Shown here: positions 14,401-43,711 of the stretch, piece after piece | How the letters are laid out: each line of letters begins with the position of its first letter | Numbering within the stretch: position 1 is the stretch's first letter | Assembly (NCBI RefSeq): GCF_964355755.1 | Contig: NC_092670.1 | Span: forward strand, 16,230,795 to 16,294,794 | Origin: Antedon mediterranea | Lineage: Eukaryota; Animalia; Echinodermata | DNA length: 64,000 nucleotides | Reading direction: 5' to 3' | Made by a program: the position numbers and the translations under genes | The notes under the pieces: generated by a model | What the model saw: only the letters and a program-made list of their open reading frames with translations | What the model was told of the DNA's origin: nothing | The model's database searches: none

Positions 14401-17400
14401 GAGGCCACTGAGCAGGGCCAGGAGGTAAAAAAAGCATTAAAATACATTGTTAAAGACTAACAACGGCCAAAGCCTCCTTAGCGTCCCTAAACTACGCCAC
14501 TGCTCTGAATGTTTTGCTATAAACAGTTTAAATATTAAATACATTGTTGATTTCTTGTAGGTTAGTCGAGGAGCAGAAGATAAGGATTTATTATTAGTAG
14601 GTCCTAAGCGCCTACTTATTTGGTTAAACCAATACAATCAAAACTGTGAAGACTTTATTCATAAACTTAGGTTTGTATATTTTATTATGTTAGTATATAT
14701 AAAAACAAGACGTTTTTTTAGGGGTAGCTGACTCATTTGAGTTACAGAAGCCCCTGGTTAGCATTTTCTTTTATATACACAGTATATATCCAATCTGCAG
14801 ACAGTACGGTTTCGATCTTATTAGAGCTCAGGTTTCTAAATGAAATGTACCGCAGAACTGGCACAATATATAGGCTGAGCCAGGTATGCGGGAGATGGTA
14901 CACTGATTATGAACACAAAGAGTGCACAAGCTCAAAGAGCGTGCTTTGCAAAATGCTAATAGTATTCACAACAAATGTTGTATTATTTTTTGCTGGTGAA
15001 TTAAATAACGAAACGAAATCCGTTGAATAATTAAACAATTTGTTTAGATTTGTAGAGTCTGGAGAGTTTACAAAGGATCAAGATAACATTCCTAGACATG
15101 GACAAGCTCTACTCAAGAAACTTAAACTTATGAAGGTACTCACAATGGTTTATGGAAATCCACCAATCGTTTTTTTGCATAGCTGGCTTTCCATAGATTC
15201 TCCTCTTGCTATTAATGTCAGCTGAGCCACATTCACACATATGTACTCAGAGTTTGCAAATCAAACTTTTATGTAAAATGTATTTATTTGTAATGCCAGT
15301 AATTATTGTATATAACTTTGTGTGTGTATGTGTTATAATGATTTTCCAAATAAATTCATCTCAAATCATTTCTGACTTCCTATAGTCTAACTAGCTCTTT
15401 GAAAAACTCTAAGGAAATCAAAACACATCAAACTCCTTTTTATTTACTTATTACCTGAAGGAAACAGACATTTTTTGTATCTTGCATAGTTTGAAACGGT
15501 GCCTGTGATTCATTGTGTGCATGCATATGGAGTGGCTATCACTCATCAGGATGGCTGGAAATTTGTATATTCGGGTGATACAATGCCTTGTGAAGCCCTT
15601 GTAAAGGCAGGTCAGTACACTAATACTACAATTATTAATATTTGTGTTAATTTATAGCAACTTTTTTTTGGTGGGGAAAACTCTCACCCATGCTGAAATA
15701 AATCTGTGACTGCAAAAATCACTAACTAGGTACTTGTTTGTGACTACTGTGAAGTAGCTTTCATGTCAGGGTGTTGAGTAATTGTTCAGATGTTTGCCCA
15801 ACTTTAAAATATTTTTTTTTTTTATATAATAAGGCAAACCTCTAATCTAAAATTTGATCAAATCGAAGGTCCTTTTCTTTTTTAAATCGAAATTGCAAGC
15901 ATGAATAACTTTTCTATAATATTTTTTAAAAAGATTTTGGCCCAGTAGTAGTTGTGTATAGACTACAAACTTATTTACTTCTGCATTATCACAAACAAAC
16001 ATTTTTTATTTTATTCTAACCGATCGACCCTTAGGGGAGTAATTAAGGGGACAACCATCAAGTACCCTGTTTTTCAATTGATGCTGTGCTTGAGAAACAA
16101 AGAATTTTTTTTAGGCATTTCAAATGATAGTCAAATCTGAAAATATTCACTTATGACAGGAATGAATGCTGATTTATTAATACATGAGGCAACTTTAGAA
16201 GATGGAATGGAGAAAGATGCTCAGATAAAACGACACAGGTACAGTATGTCAATTGTTACCATCATCATTACGCTTGGTTCCCACTAAAACGCAGCGACGT
16301 ATCGACGCAACGTGCTGTATTGCGTAATCACAAGTGGGAACCAACAACGCAACAGTGGAAATAAAATCAGTTTAATTTCACTCAAGGCAAAAGAACACTG
16401 GAAAACATTAGTACAGTGCATACTCAAAAGTACTCGGGCGTGAACCAGGTCAAAGTCTACTATAACATTGACGCGCAACAAGCAGGTTTGATTTCACGCA
16501 GACGGGGCTAACACAATTATAAGAAGGGCATTTTCTTACGTTGCGTGGGTTGCGTTACGTTGCGTCGCTTTCGTTGAAAAAAATCCTGGATCTGTCCCTG
16601 CTCATTATTGAATAAACCTGATGGTCATTGACCGATTTCAGTTGACTTGCGCATTTGTGTGAGAGACATGTGCTTCATATATTACAGTATTAATAATAAT
16701 AATAATGTACAGATTATATAGCGCAAAATGCAGGGTTGCCTCTAAGCGCTGAACAATCAGCAGAAAATGAAAATATTTATGTAATTTAAAAGATTCGATG
16801 ACTTCATTCATTTATTTGCAGTATGACATGTCAAGCTATCGACATAGGAGTACAAATGAAAGCAAAGTGTATCATCCTGACCCACTTCAGTCAAAGATAT
16901 TCAAAGATTCCACTCTTTAGTGATCAGTTCAGTGACAAAGTAGCGGTAGCCTTTGACAATATGAAGGTAAGTAACTGATTCTGCACTCTACTGTTGTACT
17001 ATCGCACTCTATTGTTGTACTATCGCACTCTACTGTTGTACTGCCTGACACTACTGTTGTACTATTGCACTCTACTGTTGTACTATCGCACTCTACTGTT
17101 GTACTGCCTGACTCCACTGCTGTATTCTCACCCCCCCCCCCCCCCCCCCATTTAAAAATAAATTTACAAACACCATGGATCATATTCCAATTGGTAGTCA
17201 GCGCATGTGCATTTCCAGAGAAGTTAATGAAATGTCTCAGAAAGTTTAGTACTGGGCTAATTATTATTAGTCTAGGGAAATCAAGTTAAGGGGAGTAGAA
17301 TGTTAGAAGCAGTCAACATAGCCAGACATCTGAACATTCCACTCCCCCTAACTCAGATTTTTTTTGTAACCTATAAAGCTACCTTTCTAGAGTGATTATG

Positions 17401-17881
17401 GGTTTAAGTTTGATGGCATATTTCCACATCCTACTTGCATATATAACAATCAAGGCCCAGCATTTTCAATTTTCACTACTATACCCATTCCAATTCTTCA
17501 GCCAAGATCGTCATATTTTATATTAATAATTATATTTAAAGCATCTTTGCCTCGTTTGACAATGGTGTTCAGACAAGGCTGTTTTCCTGAACACAATGCC
17601 TATAATTCTCAATCCATGATTTTCTGTTTTCTAGAAACCTCTATTTGGCTTGTATTTCGATTTTCTGTCCATTTGGTGGCATACATTTACTTTTATATTT
17701 TTCCTAGGTTTCATTATCTGAACTTCATCTGCTTCCAAAACTTGTTCCCTCTATGAAACGACTTTTTGCCGAGGAGCTTCAGGAACTCGAGGAAATTAGA
17801 TGGAAAAAAATTGAGAAACGGTCAATACCACCAGACTTGATAGAAAACGAGAATGTATCAAAAAAACTAAAAACAACATAG
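2419..17881 (+). CDS. ELAC2: Zinc phosphodiesterase ELAC2 / long-form tRNase Z (tRNA 3' processing endonuclease), 23 coding exons
   Basis: Exons read with GT-AG and consistent phase: 2419-2888, 3385-3435, 4791-4864, 5358-5422, 5633-5687, 5820-5888, 6585-6791, 7409-7461, 8123-8181, 9135-9195, 10395-10446, 10584-10644, 11143-11241, 11560-11787, 12385-12597, 13815-13953, 14054-14092, 14561-14670, 15048-15135, 15490-15610, 16160-16238, 16822-16966, 17708-17881 (TAG). Motifs: [41 protein letters not shown] (PxKxRN loop), [14 protein letters not shown] (HxHxDH), [18 protein letters not shown]. Confidence 0.96.
3515..4768. repeat. 26-bp minisatellite in ELAC2 intron 2
   Basis: Unit ATAATATTGTTATCATAAATGTTCTT, roughly 48 near-identical copies. 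Confidence 0.97.
10098..10211. mobile_element. Tourist/Harbinger-like MITE family 1 (TIR AGCTCTGTCTACACTATCAAA), representative copy
   Basis: TTA/TAA flanks, with an internal GATATGCCCAAATATGGTAGT repeat in most copies. Further copies at about 19293-19428, 20290-20396, 25640-25795, 25914-26063, 38471-38623, 39066-39221, 47930-48111, 48659-48825, 58964-59210. Confidence 0.82.
10675..11080. repeat. Degenerate purine-rich tandem repeat (about 80-120 bp unit, 4 copies)
   Basis: Recurring GGCCTGGGGAATTGTGAAATGAGAAAGAAGCTA...CAGTGGGG.TGTGGAAGTAGGATTT. Confidence 0.85.
12050..12284. repeat. 18-bp minisatellite
   Basis: Unit CATG(A/G)GATTATACTCAAA, about 13 copies. Explains four spurious ORFs. Confidence 0.96.
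12705..13660. repeat. Compound 14-bp/11-bp minisatellite
   Basis: CATTCACTCTATTA interspersed with CATTTGTTCTA. Confidence 0.95.
16982..17128. repeat. 21-bp minisatellite
   Basis: Unit GCACTCTACTGTTGTACTATC and variants, about 7 copies. Confidence 0.9.
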
Positions 17882-17932
17882 AAAATTAAACACTACTGTA
17901 TTCATTTTTGTTTTTTTATATGTCTTATTTAA

Positions 17933-18901
17933 CACTTTGACTGCCAGAGGTTTTTCCAGTTAGAAACTGCCACCGCCAGCGTTTTTAGCCCATTTCGATG
18001 TTTTTATTAAAGCTGATTGAAGCCATGTATGTGATCTGATTTATATGTAATTTAGACTAAAATAATCATAAAGATTTTAGCTTTACAATGGTACCAAGAA
18101 CGATTTGTAAATCGTAATAGTAAAATGAAATTAACCCACTTTTTTAGTTTTTCGTAGTTTCGCGCAAGAAAGTCGAGATATTCGCGATTTTGTGCAAGAC
18201 ATTACAATATGAAAATATCGTCCGGTGAGATCAACAAACAACAAAAAAGTTACTTACACGGCACCGATAGGCCTATAAAAACAAGTTATCACTATCGAAA
18301 AATGTATTACATTTTATAAATAATAAATCTTACATCAATGTTTCGCCAAAATCCACATAGTAAAGACACCAGGCCTAGTTAACCAGGCCTAAAGTTGGTC
18401 CGGAACCGTTTTACGACTAGGCCTAGGCTAGCCTAGTACTACTAGCCTAGATAGTAAACTGATGATAATTACAACAATTATGGTATACATACAATAATAA
18501 AATTAAAGACTTCATATTGAAAATGACTCCATTATTTTTTATTCAGATAACAAACAAACATGTCAATCCACAAAAACCTTTGTAATGCTTCGGCGGCATG
18601 GGTTAGCGCGCGACCGATACACAATGCGCCAAGCCATCCCTCTACGCGCTACTGTGATGCGCGGTGTTTGTTATTTCGACAGGTACCATTTTGACAGTCG
18701 TTCGTAACCAGATTAGTTACTTTCAAATGGTAAAATATTAGCGGTCCAGACCGAATATAGTGTTCATATTTATAGTATATACCAATAATTAACCTATCTA
18801 CCGGATTTCGTAAAAAAACGCGAAAAACGAAGATCTTCGTGTTTGGCAGTCAAGCGTTGTGTTTCTAAAAACGAAGATCTTCGTGTTTGGCAGTCAAAGT
18901 G
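17933..18901. mobile_element. Non-autonomous piggyBac-like DNA transposon
   Basis: TTAA on both flanks (17929-17932, 18902-18905). 14-bp TIR CACTTTGACTGCCA/TGGCAGTCAAAGTG. Duplicated subterminal motif containing the palindrome ACGAAGATCTTCGT at the right end. Confidence 0.85.
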
Positions 18902-19119
18902 TTAAAGAAAACAAATTAATAGTAGATAAACATCAACATTGCGTTTGTTTTTCATGTGAACATAGGTAAAAAAACATTTATTGATCGACGTCATATTGTT
19001 GTCTTGGAAAAATAACAATCCTTTAATTTCATTGACTGTCCATGAAGCAAAATAATAAAGAAAGAAAATTGGAAGAAAATCTATTGCAGTTGCCCCGATT
19101 TCAACATTCTGGACTTTAT

Positions 19120-22100
19120 TCACCCTGTTGAAATGTTGACAACAGAAGGGTCAAATGTTTGACCTTTGAACGGTGAACCCTCAACATCCCAAGCTTTCTT
19201 CAGCATTTCATGTGCACTCTGTAAAGAAATCGTAAATTCTAGTATAACCAGTATCTGAAGAATGCAAACAATGATCTAATTTTGCGACTTTAAGCACTAT
19301 CAAACTAGTTTGACAAATAATGTGTGATATGCCCAAACATGATAGTGATATGCACAAATATGGTAGTGATATGACATCATCATGTCCATATGGGCACGTC
19401 ATATAAAGTTTGATAGTGTAGACAGAGCTTTACAAAAAAAAAGTGAAAAATTCTATTTTTACATACCAGTTCTTTGCTAGTTGGTTTTCCTTGTTGCTTT
19501 TGTTCAAAATCAAACATAGCCTGCCTGAAGCCTTGTTTATCATCCTCATCTAACTCATTCATTGATTGCGAGTTGTTGATTGATTTTGGATCAAGCTCTG
19601 CTTCGCCTTGCAATGCAGCGTGCCACCATGTTTCTATGCGTTTCTCCAGATTTAGCTATGCACGTTTGTTAACAGAAAAAAAATGATTGTATAAATATAT
19701 TATATATCACTGATGAAGGGCTAGTGTTGCCTGAAAGCTCTGCTAATTTTTCTGCCTGTTTTACTTTATCGTTTTGATTTAGCTTTTTATTTTATTTTTC
19801 TCCTGCCACTGATACCCACAGCATTGTCATTATTTTCAGTAATTTTCCTTTGGATTTATATATAATTTATTACAACAGGCACAGAACATTAATTATAATT
19901 CGCCCCAATGGTTAGGACAAGCAGAAGGTTCTGGCTTCAAATCTCGGTTAGGGTGACTTTTTTTCATTTTCACAGATTTCCTCATTTATCGTTTCAAATT
20001 AATGAATACAAATTAATTAAATCAATTTCAGTATATCACCAGGCGGTTCAGAATTTGTTCTGTGCCTGTGGTATTTACAAATACAATATAATTTATTGTT
20101 ATACATCTATGCCGTGTAACTACTGCAGTTAATAGATAATTGTCACTAACCTGTACACATTCGCCGGGTATTAAACTCCACATGGATTCATCAGTACGGA
20201 TTTGATTCTTTAGTTTTCCTTCAACAAGGACTTCAGGTGTCTTATTTTGTTCAGTAGGTTTCAATGCGACCTTTCAAAAGGTAACACAAAAAAGTGTGTT
20301 ATGCCTAAATATGGTAGTGAAACGATATCATCGTGTCCATATATGGGCACATTTTATGTCACTGGTCACATAAAGATTAATAGTGTAGACAGAGCTTAAT
20401 GGTTATAGGATATCTGCATACAGTAAGTATCTGAATCTCGGTTTTAATTAATTTTAAAGTTTCAGTATATAACCAGACAGTTTAGAATTTGTGTATTTTT
20501 AAAGAATGAAATAAATATATTATTTTTCATTGATTGATGCTGATCAGTGATTTTATCGTTAGTATCTGATGCTGTGTATATACACTAACCTTTATGCTTG
20601 AGGCCTGAATGTTTACATCAAGTTGTTTAGCTTTTCTTACATGATGTGGTACCGCAACTTTGATGTCAACATCCTTGATAGATTGTGACCACCAGTACGT
20701 GTCACATATGGCACCATTAAATGTGTCTGCTTGACTTAAAGTTGTTGAAATCCTTTAAATATAAATGTGATTGGCATGGATTTAGCATGTTACCAAAAAG
20801 ATCGTAAAATTGTAGTATTACCATGGATTTTTTTTTTTAATAGTTTTCGTTGCCAATCTTTTTACTTCGATTACCCAAGGAAGAGTGAAATTTTACTCCT
20901 CTTTGGATTAACAAATTAATTATAAATTAAATACTTTACGTTTTCTGTTTTGTTTCATTTTGTTGTATGTTGCTTTTACTTGGTTTGAGATGTTCTTTTC
21001 CTTTAGGTTGTTCACTTGTTTCACTTTGTTGTTCACTTGTTTCCACTTCAACTATGTTTAAAGGTTCTGGAATATCTAAAATTTGAATTACTATTATTAA
21101 AAAGATTCTCCAGCAAAAGGTGGATTGTACTGTACTGGTATGAATTCTTCAATATATAATACAAACAGGGGGATAATGTAGAGGCCTCAGGCCCTTGGTT
21201 TAGAAACCCAAAGAGGCCTGTCACGATAAATATGGCTCTAAAATTGTGGCCAAAAGCAGTCCGCCACTGCCAAAATCGGTCCGGGCTTTTCTTCTGTCGA
21301 TTTTAATTGAATTACTAGGCCTATGATGCTGTTTTAAGTTGTTTATGGCTAGAAAAATATCCCATGATATATATTAGTAAGTTATCTTGTCGGATAAATA
21401 CTATAAATAAATGTATTTTATCTAAAAACATGACTTAGGTGTTCACTCATATTTCGGCCTGCCACACACTCACACGAACGGGTATGAGACGCTGATATTG
21501 CCAGCTAGATTTTATTTATGATTGAGGCCTTTTTCCTTCCTCAGCCTAATCAATATTGGATAATTGTTTTATAATAATTGTATTGAATTGATATATTGAT
21601 TGATTAACCATAAATAATTAATAAATTAAATTGTTTTTAACATCATGGGGAAACGAAGATGTTAAAAAAGAACAAAATGGATTAAAAACAGGCAGAGATA
21701 CATATTGTATACAAAAAGCCTAACAATTATTACTAATTATTGATGAGTTACTACTAATAATGATAATAAAAAAAACAGGCTTAATTTATAATATTAAAAT
21801 AACAAATAAAACCCCGTAGTTTTCAATATAATGACTAATCATGGCCTTTTTTTAATGATATATACATTATGACTCATTTTGCGCACCATATATTTGTAAG
21901 ACCGGACCATATTTGGCGGCCAAAAACAGTCCTACTGCCCGGACCGATTTTATCCAGGCCGGACCAGTTTTGGCAGCCATAAATGGTCCTCCGGACTGAT
22001 TTTGGCAGCCAAAACTGGTCCGCCGGACCGATTTTGGCCCTGACTGATTTTGGTGTGACAGGCCCTTCAACACTGGAGTTTTTAGTTTTTACTCGGGGTA

Positions 22101-23920
22101 CCCGAGTCTAGTACTTACTCATTTTCTCCTTCTCTTCCTCCATCTGGACACTATTGAGTAAAAAGTGCGATTTTTAAAGTACTACTCCTCCCTTATTCGT
22201 TATAGTATTGAGCTGGGATTTGGCATCAACATACTACAGGGACATGTCCTCAAAGCTATAGAGCCGGATTTTTAATTTTTTGTTAATTAATTTGTTTAAT
22301 TAAGAAGCCACAATGTGTGACACACACCACAGCGTTATGTAGTTATATGGTTATATGCGGATTCTTGGCGTAGTGGTTATCACGTTTGCTTAACACGCAG
22401 AAGGTACCTGGTTCGAGCCCGGACGAAACCTTTTTTTTTTTAATTTATGGTGAAAAGTACTGTATACGCAATATGATAATTATACAGAGTATATCTTATT
22501 TTTATTATTTTTTAAAATACTTATTTTGTGTAATCGGTAATTATCACTTTTACACATGTTTATTTTGCTTTGTGCTTATTACCATTTATTTGTAATTTAA
22601 ATGGATTAAAAAACTTTCTGTAACCCACATTTATAATGTAAGAGGTTTCGTAGTGTAGTGGTTGTCAAGTCTGCTTAACACGCAGAAGGTCCCGGTTCGA
22701 GCCCTGGCGAAACCTATTTTCTTTACTTTCTAACTGTATACGTCTGTATACAGCTTCTTTCGCTGTACCCCGAGTATTGCACATTCGTGCTTGTTAGCCT
22801 TATTCGACATGTTTTAAAGCCATTTCCTCTCCAGGACCTGTACTGGTCTGGGGCCCCATATAATAAGATCCGGGGCCCATGGGTTTAGCCAGTGATCGCT
22901 CATAGCCGTTATGCCACATAATGAATGACAATGTTCATGTTTTAGGAATACAACATTTAGGTTAGAAGAACCATTACAGAATATTGCTGTTATAAACGGT
23001 GCATTCTACAGGTTTTATCATGCATTATTCACTGGCCTAGGGAATAAAAATCACAATCTCAAAATGTATACAAAAGCATGAACGTCTCGTGTACAAAACA
23101 ATCGTGAGGATAGATCCAAATAATGTGCAGTATGTGTTTTTATGACCAGCGGAGACGTAATAAATACCTGTTTCAGATGGTTCTGTAGGAACACCATGTT
23201 TGAGCTGCTCATATTTCAAGTAGGTCTGAAAAAATAAATAACAAATAATGGAATCTCCCTGGAAATGTAAACCTAAAATCATAATGATCAAGCCAGGATT
23301 ATTTTAAGTTTGTACTGACTGATGGCAGTGAATACTGTCAATTACTTATTTTGTTTCCCCCAATGGGCCAATGGATGTCAATGAGAGAACATGTAATTAG
23401 ATTCAGCATTATTTTACCTGCATTATGAGCCGACGAGCTGCTCCTGGGGGAAGTCCCATTGCGTCTGTCTTGCTTGTCATAATGTGATAAAAATCCGTTC
23501 TAAAGAAAGTACAATTTTTAAAAATGTAATTAACTAAAGTCTAGACTCTAGCCTCTAGGCTAGCTAGAGTAGACTAAAAATAATAATAATAATATAAAAA
23601 CTGTTATTTTATTACAAATAGGCCTAGTCTATATTAGTTTAGTATATAACCCCATATTGGAGCCTAATACCTATCTAGGCCTAACGTCAGTTGTTTACCA
23701 CCTATAAGTACTAACTTATCGCCCTCCAAATCCCACTTTCAGCGCTGCATTTTAATGACCGTTCGAGGTAAAGTTGGGCCTAAAGAAAATTATGAAAATT
23801 AATGTATTACCGTCGGTATAAGAAACTGAAAATAGCATCCATGAACATGTCAATTTGTGTAACATTTTGAAGAATCTCACTTAGCCTTGCATCAATTTCA
23901 GGATCAGGTTTTGAAACCAT
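19120..23920 (-). CDS. NUDCD3: NudC domain-containing protein 3 (NudCL; CS/p23-domain co-chaperone), 8 exons, about 318 aa
   Basis: Exons 23920-23811, 23499-23418, 23225-23168, 21075-20940, 20752-20590, 20270-20151, 19655-19467, 19218-19120 (TGA). Translation includes FSFLYRRTDFY...MGLPPGAA, DTFNGA...YWWSQ, ESMWSLIPG, FDFEQKQQGKPTSKEL, HEMLKKAWDVEGSPFKGQTFDP, matching the recalled NUDCD3 pattern. Confidence 0.93.
19708..19742 (+). ncRNA. Minimal type I hammerhead ribozyme motif, probably a solo Penelope pLTR remnant (about 19705-19860)
   Basis: CA-CTGATGA-A-GGGC-tagtgtt-GCCT-GAAA-GC-TC-TG: canonical CUGANGA and GAAA boxes, stem II, palindromic AGCT. Stem I is only 2 bp (truncated). Confidence 0.68.
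21215..22064. mobile_element. Unclassified non-autonomous TIR element in NUDCD3 intron 3
   Basis: TIR GGCCTGTCAC/GTGACAGGCC with subterminal repeats GGACCGATTTTGGC at the right end and their complement GCCAAAATCGGTCC at the left end. Confidence 0.75.
22359..22431 (+). tRNA. tRNA-Val(AAC), degenerate, probable pseudogene
   Basis: A box TGGCGTAGTGG, anticodon arm TTTGC-TTAACAC-GCAGA, B box GGTTCGAGCCC, followed by a long T run. Acceptor stem has two mismatches (A3:A70, T7:C66) and the T stem has one. Confidence 0.8.
22644..22715 (+). tRNA. tRNA-Val(AAC), mildly degenerate
   Basis: Perfect acceptor stem GGTTTCG/CGAAACC, anticodon arm TCTGC-TTAACAC-GCAGA, GGTTCGAGCCC T loop, TTTT just downstream. 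One D-stem mismatch, one T-stem mismatch and a T discriminator. Confidence 0.82.
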
Positions 23921-24884
23921 TTTAATTAATGTTTTTCCTTGATGTTTGTATTGTTTGAGGGACGATCGAGCTAACACTACGAACAAACGAACAAAAAGCG
24001 TCTGCTCCTATAATCTTAATAGTGTGTGACGTGACGTATACGTATATAGCCACCAACAATGGAAATCGTGTTGTAAACATATTTTTGTTGCAGGAATGTT
24101 ATTTTCATCATAATAATTTTTCTCTCTATTAGAAAGTAATATTTCTAATAATATGACGATCGATATAGGAATATGATATTTATAATAATTGTCTACAGTT
24201 GTTAATTTGGGGGTTGGTTATGAGTAGGCCTAGTTGCATTAGAATCACTCGAGTAGTCGAATCAAAACACTAAACGCTGCCGACAATCATTAATTTGTTT
24301 GCACTATGTAATTCAATTCACGTATTTAATAGAAAGTTCTTAAGATCTCTTTAGATTCATTAGAATTTGTTATATTCATTATAGGCCTATAATTGTATGT
24401 AAATCAAAATGTAAACCGCCCAACCAAATTTCATTTGTATGCCTACCTCGTTGTTAAAATGACAATAAATAATATCGTTACGGCGTACCGTACGTTGTTT
24501 TGGATGCATGACGTCTATTATATAGAAACGACAAACGTAAAAACACACACAATTAAATCTAAAACGATTCATTTAATAAACATAAAGAGTAGGCCTACTG
24601 TCTTTTCCCACAATGTATTATTTCCCACAGAGCTTCTCCAGGCTGATCTAGCTCTCCCCTCGTCAACCTCTATCTACAATTGAGTGATACTCCAGTTGGA
24701 GTTTTTTTATTTACACAATCAACAGGATCAAGATATATTATTTGAATAATAAATGCAACTTATGAGGTTCCGATATCACACACACGTACCACTAATACGT
24801 ACCCCTCTATGATATGTTATAGTGCAGTGGTAAAATATAGTATGCCGATGTAGTCATATTTCATCATATTAATGCAATATTTAT

Positions 24885-41546
<16,662 letters not shown>

Positions 41547-42254
41547 ATTAAATATGAAAAAAACACATTAAAAGGATTGTTTTTCTTCAAAAAATAAAAG
41601 CATACTGTATTTACAAAATAAATCTAAGGGTACATGTATTACAAACTTTTAATTGTATTTAAACATTCTTAGGCAACACAGCTCATACAGTAGTGATAGC
41701 TCAGTGTTAGGCTGCTTCACTGCCCTTAGAAGGAGTAGAAGTAGCCTAACCTCTTTGATACTATATCACATTTTATCTCAGAAACTTTTATTTGAACACC
41801 TTTGCTTGCTATTAGTTTTTTTTAAACGCTGCTTTATATATTATTTTTAATTTATTTTTTTTATGAAACTTAATTTTTAGACATTCATTTCTTCATAATA
41901 ATCCATATTTATTTTGATTTTGGTTCGCTTATTATTTATAGTGTAAAGGCATTAATGATGACAATAGTTATTGAAATAATACTATTGTTTGACTGTCCAA
42001 ATAAGCAATTGGAAAAGCGTTAGGTGCTTACATTAAGCATGTTTTAAAGCATTCCACAATGAACATGCAATACGGCTTTGTTACAGTGTTACACATATCA
42101 ATGCGAGTGTGCCATACATTACAACACAATTACTTACTTACAACAACTCTATGATAATACAATAGCCTCAGCACAAATGTTTTAATTGAACCTGGTGGTA
42201 GAGGTCTTTGCTCATTAACTTATGATTTAATTAGTTAGGTTAGTCCACAAAGAA

Positions 42255-42632
42255 GTGGGCTAGTACTAGACCAAACCTCGTGCATTGGGCTAGCACTAGA
42301 CCAAACCTTGAACATTGGGCTAGTACTAGACCGAATATTTTGCATTGGGCTAGTACTAGACCAAACCTTGTGCATTGGGGTAATACTAGGCCAAACCTTG
42401 TGCAGTGGGCTAATACTAGACCAAACCTTGTGCAGTGGGCTAGTACTAGACCAAACCTTGTGCATTGGGCTAGTACTAGACCAAACCTTGTGCATTGGGC
42501 TAGTACTACTGTAGACCAAACCTTGTGCAGTGGGTTAGTACTAGACCAAACCTTGTGCATTGGGCTGGTACTAGAACAAACCTTGTGCATTGGGCTAGTA
42601 CTAGACCAAACCTTGTGCAGTGGGCTAGTACT
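42255..42632. repeat. 30-bp minisatellite
   Basis: Unit AGTACTAGACCAAACCTTGTGCATTGGGCT, about 12 copies, containing the palindrome CTAGTACTAG. Confidence 0.95.
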
Positions 42633-43046
42633 ATATACTTTATATATTTTGATGAGAGAGTATTCATTCATGAGCTGATGCTAGTCATCGCAGCATACGA
42701 TATAGCCCCACCTAACAGTGAGCTTATGATAGATATAAAGCGAAAGACCAATGCTTGATGCTCTGTGGATACATCCTTTTTCATTGCTTCTTAAAAGTTT
42801 ACATTTGTTTTTAATAATATTAATAGTTAATTTGAACATTTTTAGTAAAAATTATTTTGTTTTAACATTACATTCCATGTTTTGATGTAGTTTATAATTA
42901 TAATATCGGTAAAAATTAATAATGATGGAGTATGTAACACAATGTTGTTACTCCATAGACGTATTCAGAATAATTTAACACCGTTTGAAAACGCAATTTA
43001 ATACAAGTCGTGTTTGTTTATATACAGTACATACTGGATCTTTTCC

Positions 43047-43356
43047 TCCCCCCCCCCCCCAGACACAGCTTTAGATGAGAGTTTAAGTGTGAATGTGGCA
43101 ACTGTTAACACATATACACCTAAATATAAATTACCTTTAAACAGTAGCTCCCCCCCCCCCCCACCCCAGACACAGCTTTAGATGAGAGTTTAAGTGTGAA
43201 TGTGGCAACTGTTAATACATATACACCTAAATATAAATTACCTTAAACAGTAGCTTTCCCCCCCCCCCCCCAGACACAGCTTTAGATGAGAGTTTAAGTG
43301 TGAATGTGGCAACTGTTACATATACACCTAAATATAATTTACTTTAAACAGTAGCT
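43047..43356. repeat. About 105-bp tandem triplication with poly-C
   Basis: Three copies of (C)n-AGACACAGCTTTAGATGAGAGTTTAAGTGTGAATGTGGCAACTGTTA...AAACAGTAGCT. Confidence 0.92.
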
Positions 43357-43711
43357 GTACAGTTTTATACTACCAATACTTACTGTAATTTATTCTATAT
43401 ATGTACTTCTTCGTTGTGTAGAAGATATTTATGCAGCTTCATGGAGAAATCAAGTTTTAAACAAAGATTTCTTCATTTTTCAAATATTCAAAAGGTACTA
43501 GTATATATATATATATTCCTTGAAATTCTTCCACATTACTTTTTAATTGTGTTACATTTGTATAAGTATCCAATCACTCATTATATATACTGTATATGAT
43601 TAAATAATAATTGAATAAATAATATAGAATCCGATACTTATTATCAACAGGCTTACCTCTGTGCTGTATGGGCGTGCTGTATTTTGTGCAATATTTGCGT
43701 GCTTACTTCTA

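Noticed and set aside
19072-19122. Stop-codon readthrough or selenocysteine at the NUDCD3 TGA (IKSRMLKSGQLQ follows)
   Set aside because: The protein already ends where homologs end, no readthrough context or SECIS element is recognisable, and a short open tail is expected by chance.
19950-20075. Segment recurring at about 20445, 31160 and (inverted) 62260, considered as an ncRNA
   Set aside because: Diverged copies with indels in unrelated contexts and no recognisable RNA family motifs; best explained as an old dispersed repeat.
22119-22150. Possible NUDCD3 micro-exon (VQMEEEKEKM, with AG/GTAAGT borders)
   Set aside because: At 32 nt it is not phase-compatible with the flanking phase-1 exons, which join cleanly without it, and no partner exon was found.
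42235-42758. Overlapping ORFs on both strands
   Set aside because: Artefacts of the 30-bp minisatellite.
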